From assembly GCA_012295275.1 (NCBI GenBank), contig CM022670.1, positions 4,092,001 through 4,156,000 on the forward strand: a stretch of DNA of 64,000 bases, in the 5' to 3' direction. This document shows, piece after piece, positions 62,852 to 64,000 of the stretch (its first letter is position 1; each line of letters begins with the position of its first letter). A program made the position numbers and the translations under genes. The notes beneath the pieces were generated by a model. That model did no database searches. It was not told where the DNA came from and saw only the letters and a list, made by a program, of their open reading frames with translations. This DNA comes from Chrysomallon squamiferum (taxonomy: Eukaryota > Animalia > Mollusca).

Positions 62852-64000
62852 GCAGTATTTGTATAAATTTTAGTTTTCAAAATTATTTCATTATGCTGTA
62901 CATATTTTGCATGAAGCTAACATCTTAAAGAAAACTATTTTCATTGTGCTTTCTGCAGGAAGCCTACTTCCAGAAATGGTGACATGCATGGTGTTGCTAC
63001 AGCTACGATGTCCTGACACCATCCAGCTGTCCAGAGCAGTGTCCATCTTGGAGGAGACACTTGACATCCTTGACAAGTACAACAGACTGGCTCCTGGACT
63101 TGAACGAGATGACAAGGAGGATTTGGCCTGGCCTGGTGTCTGGAGTATGTTTAATTTCTTTCATATTTAAATGCATTCATATTTATTTCATATTTAGGCC
63201 CTTAGGAGTATCTTGGAATTCATTTTTTTTTTTAATGTCATCAGTACATTAAAATGGACCACCCACTGCAAGAACAAATAACCTAAATATATGTGTGGGG
63301 TTGGGTGTGAGGGCATGTGGATGTGTGTTTATGTGAGAAAGAGATTTTTATAATTATTTAATAGCTGAAACTAACCTAAATATATTATTTGTTTATTTTA
63401 TTGAATGTTTTTTTTTTTTTCAGGTCACACTTTAGAAAAATACAATCAGAAATCTTTTGATGATGTGCAGATAATAAGAAAAGCAGATCTAGAAAACCAT
63501 AACAAAGATGGAGGTCTGTGGATTGTGATCCATGGAAAGGTGTATGATGTCTACGATTTCAAGTCACAGGCCCCATGTGGCAGAGAGATGCTAATAAAAT
63601 ATGCAGGTAATATATAATAGAAATAATTCTTGAAATGTGCTCATACTATTAGGTAGCTAGATTAGTTCAGTACACAATAACCATGTATATAGTAGTTAGT
63701 TAGAACTTCTCTGCTCTGTTAAATAAAATAAATAAAGACTTGATGGTGATTAAATAAAGTGGTACATACATTGTTACAGTTAATAATTTATAGTCACATA
63801 TTTTACAGAATCATATTCTTTGTGTCAGCAACTGACTGAATTCTTGTGTTACTTGAGTCATCATATTTCATCCATGCATTAACTGGTTTTGTAATATATA
63901 CATTAATGCAAATAAAGTAGAAAGCTATATTTTTGGATTGTTAATTTTGTTCTAGGTCAAGGATGCATCAGCAGCTTTTGAAGCTTGTCACCATTCTGAG
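31143..64000 (+). CDS. HERC2: E3 ubiquitin-protein ligase HERC2, N-terminal part (RCC1-like domain 1, cytochrome-b5-like domain); continues past the window
   Basis: [12 protein letters not shown]|[62 protein letters not shown]1 repeats, [13 protein letters not shown] and [26 protein letters not shown] all match recalled HERC2 sequence; 21 coding exons. Confidence 0.96.
38378..39822. repeat. Two diverged ~140-bp dispersed copies (38378-38520 and 39677-39820)
   Basis: AGGTCA..TGCCTCAA..TGAGCCA..TCTTGC(A/G)TGATGATGTGTAACATCACAG..TTGGCA.CTCCA is shared. Confidence 0.8.
40341..40410 (-). mobile_element. Degenerate tRNA-derived SINE head (relic)
   Basis: Minus strand GGCAGAATGTAGCTCAGTGTCAAAG..GCTTGATG..CAGGATCATCTC has A-box-like and B-box-like blocks at tRNA spacing, with no cloverleaf. 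Confidence 0.45.
40855..40972 (+). CDS. HERC2: HERC2 coding exon 2
   Basis: [21 protein letters not shown]..; AG/GT bounded. Confidence 0.9.
42714..42916. repeat. 100-bp near-perfect tandem duplication inside a degenerate ~50-bp repeat tract (about 42280-43050)
   Basis: TGTCTGTTAGTTTTAATCTAGTGTTAATTCTGATACTTGG... at 42714 and 42814. Confidence 0.9.
51568..51768 (+). CDS. HERC2: HERC2 coding exon 3, Cys-rich
   Basis: [39 protein letters not shown]. Confidence 0.9.
52878..53097 (+). CDS. HERC2: HERC2 coding exon 4
   Basis: [34 protein letters not shown]. Confidence 0.92.
53598..53861 (+). CDS. HERC2: HERC2 coding exon 5
   Basis: [22 protein letters not shown]..; CAGCAG acceptor. Confidence 0.94.
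54214..54465 (+). CDS. HERC2: HERC2 coding exon 6, with multiple apparent indels
   Basis: [24 protein letters not shown], ..SAPLIP and LKRFENI lie in different frames. Confidence 0.8.
54421..55010 (+). repeat. 77-bp minisatellite, about 8 copies, spanning the HERC2 exon 6 donor
   Basis: GTGGGATGAG|GTAACTCC with intron-side G at 54466, 54543, 54689, 54766 and 54843; degenerate copies near 54613, 54920 and 54998. Confidence 0.95.
55420..55581 (+). CDS. HERC2: HERC2 coding exon 7
   Basis: [31 protein letters not shown]. Confidence 0.93.
56053..56256 (+). CDS. HERC2: HERC2 coding exon 8, start of RLD1
   Basis: [22 protein letters not shown]. Confidence 0.9.
56233..56420 (+). repeat. 92-bp tandem duplication spanning the HERC2 exon 8 donor
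   Basis: ATGTATTACAGC..GAAACTCAG|GTAGATAACAGC with donors at 56257 and 56349. Confidence 0.93.
56684..56835 (+). CDS. HERC2: HERC2 coding exon 9 (RCC1 repeat)
   Basis: [34 protein letters not shown]. Confidence 0.94.
57300..57559 (+). CDS. HERC2: HERC2 coding exon 10 (RCC1 repeat)
   Basis: [42 protein letters not shown]. Confidence 0.94.
57954..58125 (+). CDS. HERC2: HERC2 coding exon 11 (RCC1 repeat)
   Basis: [29 protein letters not shown]. Confidence 0.95.
58410..58683 (+). CDS. HERC2: HERC2 coding exon 12 (RCC1 repeats)
   Basis: [37 protein letters not shown]. Confidence 0.95.
59024..59224 (+). CDS. HERC2: HERC2 coding exon 13
   Basis: [39 protein letters not shown]. Confidence 0.94.
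59902..60131 (+). CDS. HERC2: HERC2 coding exon 14 (one apparent extra base near 59925)
   Basis: LHASVSQ, then [27 protein letters not shown] in a shifted frame. Confidence 0.85.
60760..60905 (+). CDS. HERC2: HERC2 coding exon 15
   Basis: [27 protein letters not shown]. Confidence 0.93.
61323..61495 (+). CDS. HERC2: HERC2 coding exon 16
   Basis: [19 protein letters not shown]; phase consistent. Confidence 0.9.
61956..62176 (+). CDS. HERC2: HERC2 coding exon 17
   Basis: [19 protein letters not shown]. Confidence 0.92.
62578..62733 (+). CDS. HERC2: HERC2 coding exon 18
   Basis: [28 protein letters not shown]. Confidence 0.92.
62959..63144 (+). CDS. HERC2: HERC2 coding exon 19
   Basis: [31 protein letters not shown]. 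Confidence 0.93.
63424..63606 (+). CDS. HERC2: HERC2 coding exon 20, cytochrome-b5-like domain
   Basis: [29 protein letters not shown]. Confidence 0.94.
63956..64000 (+). CDS. HERC2: HERC2 coding exon 21, truncated by the window (apparent extra base near 63961)
   Basis: ttctAG acceptor; [13 protein letters not shown] continues the b5 fold. Confidence 0.8.

Noticed and set aside
31143-64000. HERC2 and SH3D19 as true pseudogenes
   Set aside because: Splice sites and phases are intact and I saw no nonsense substitutions; only small indels occur, the typical signature of long-read consensus error.

Overview
AT-rich, microsatellite-rich animal genomic DNA; an invertebrate, plausibly a mollusc (inference only). 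It holds three intron-rich genes reconstructed by hand from splice sites, reading phase and recalled family motifs. (1) The last 9 coding exons of KIBRA/WWC (+, 368-5471), including a GC-AG intron. (2) A complete SH3D19-like adaptor with five SH3 domains (-, 29208-17599, 14 exons). (3) The 5' part of the giant E3 ligase HERC2 (+, 31143 to window end, 21 coding exons, up to RLD1 and the cytochrome-b5 domain), arranged head-to-head with SH3D19. The most striking pattern is three unrelated tandem repeats, each built from an exon end plus its 5' splice donor: a 44-bp unit x ~61, a 77-bp unit x ~8 and a 92-bp unit x 2. They create arrays of duplicate donors. Other observations: a diverged intronic copy of part of an SH3D19 exon with its own acceptor, a TACTAAC/Quaking-like cluster in a long HERC2 intron, an overlapping uORF on HERC2, and a Cys-rich HERC2 exon. 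About seven frameshifting indels in otherwise intact exons are most likely assembly errors. No database search or alignment was run; homology calls are from memory.
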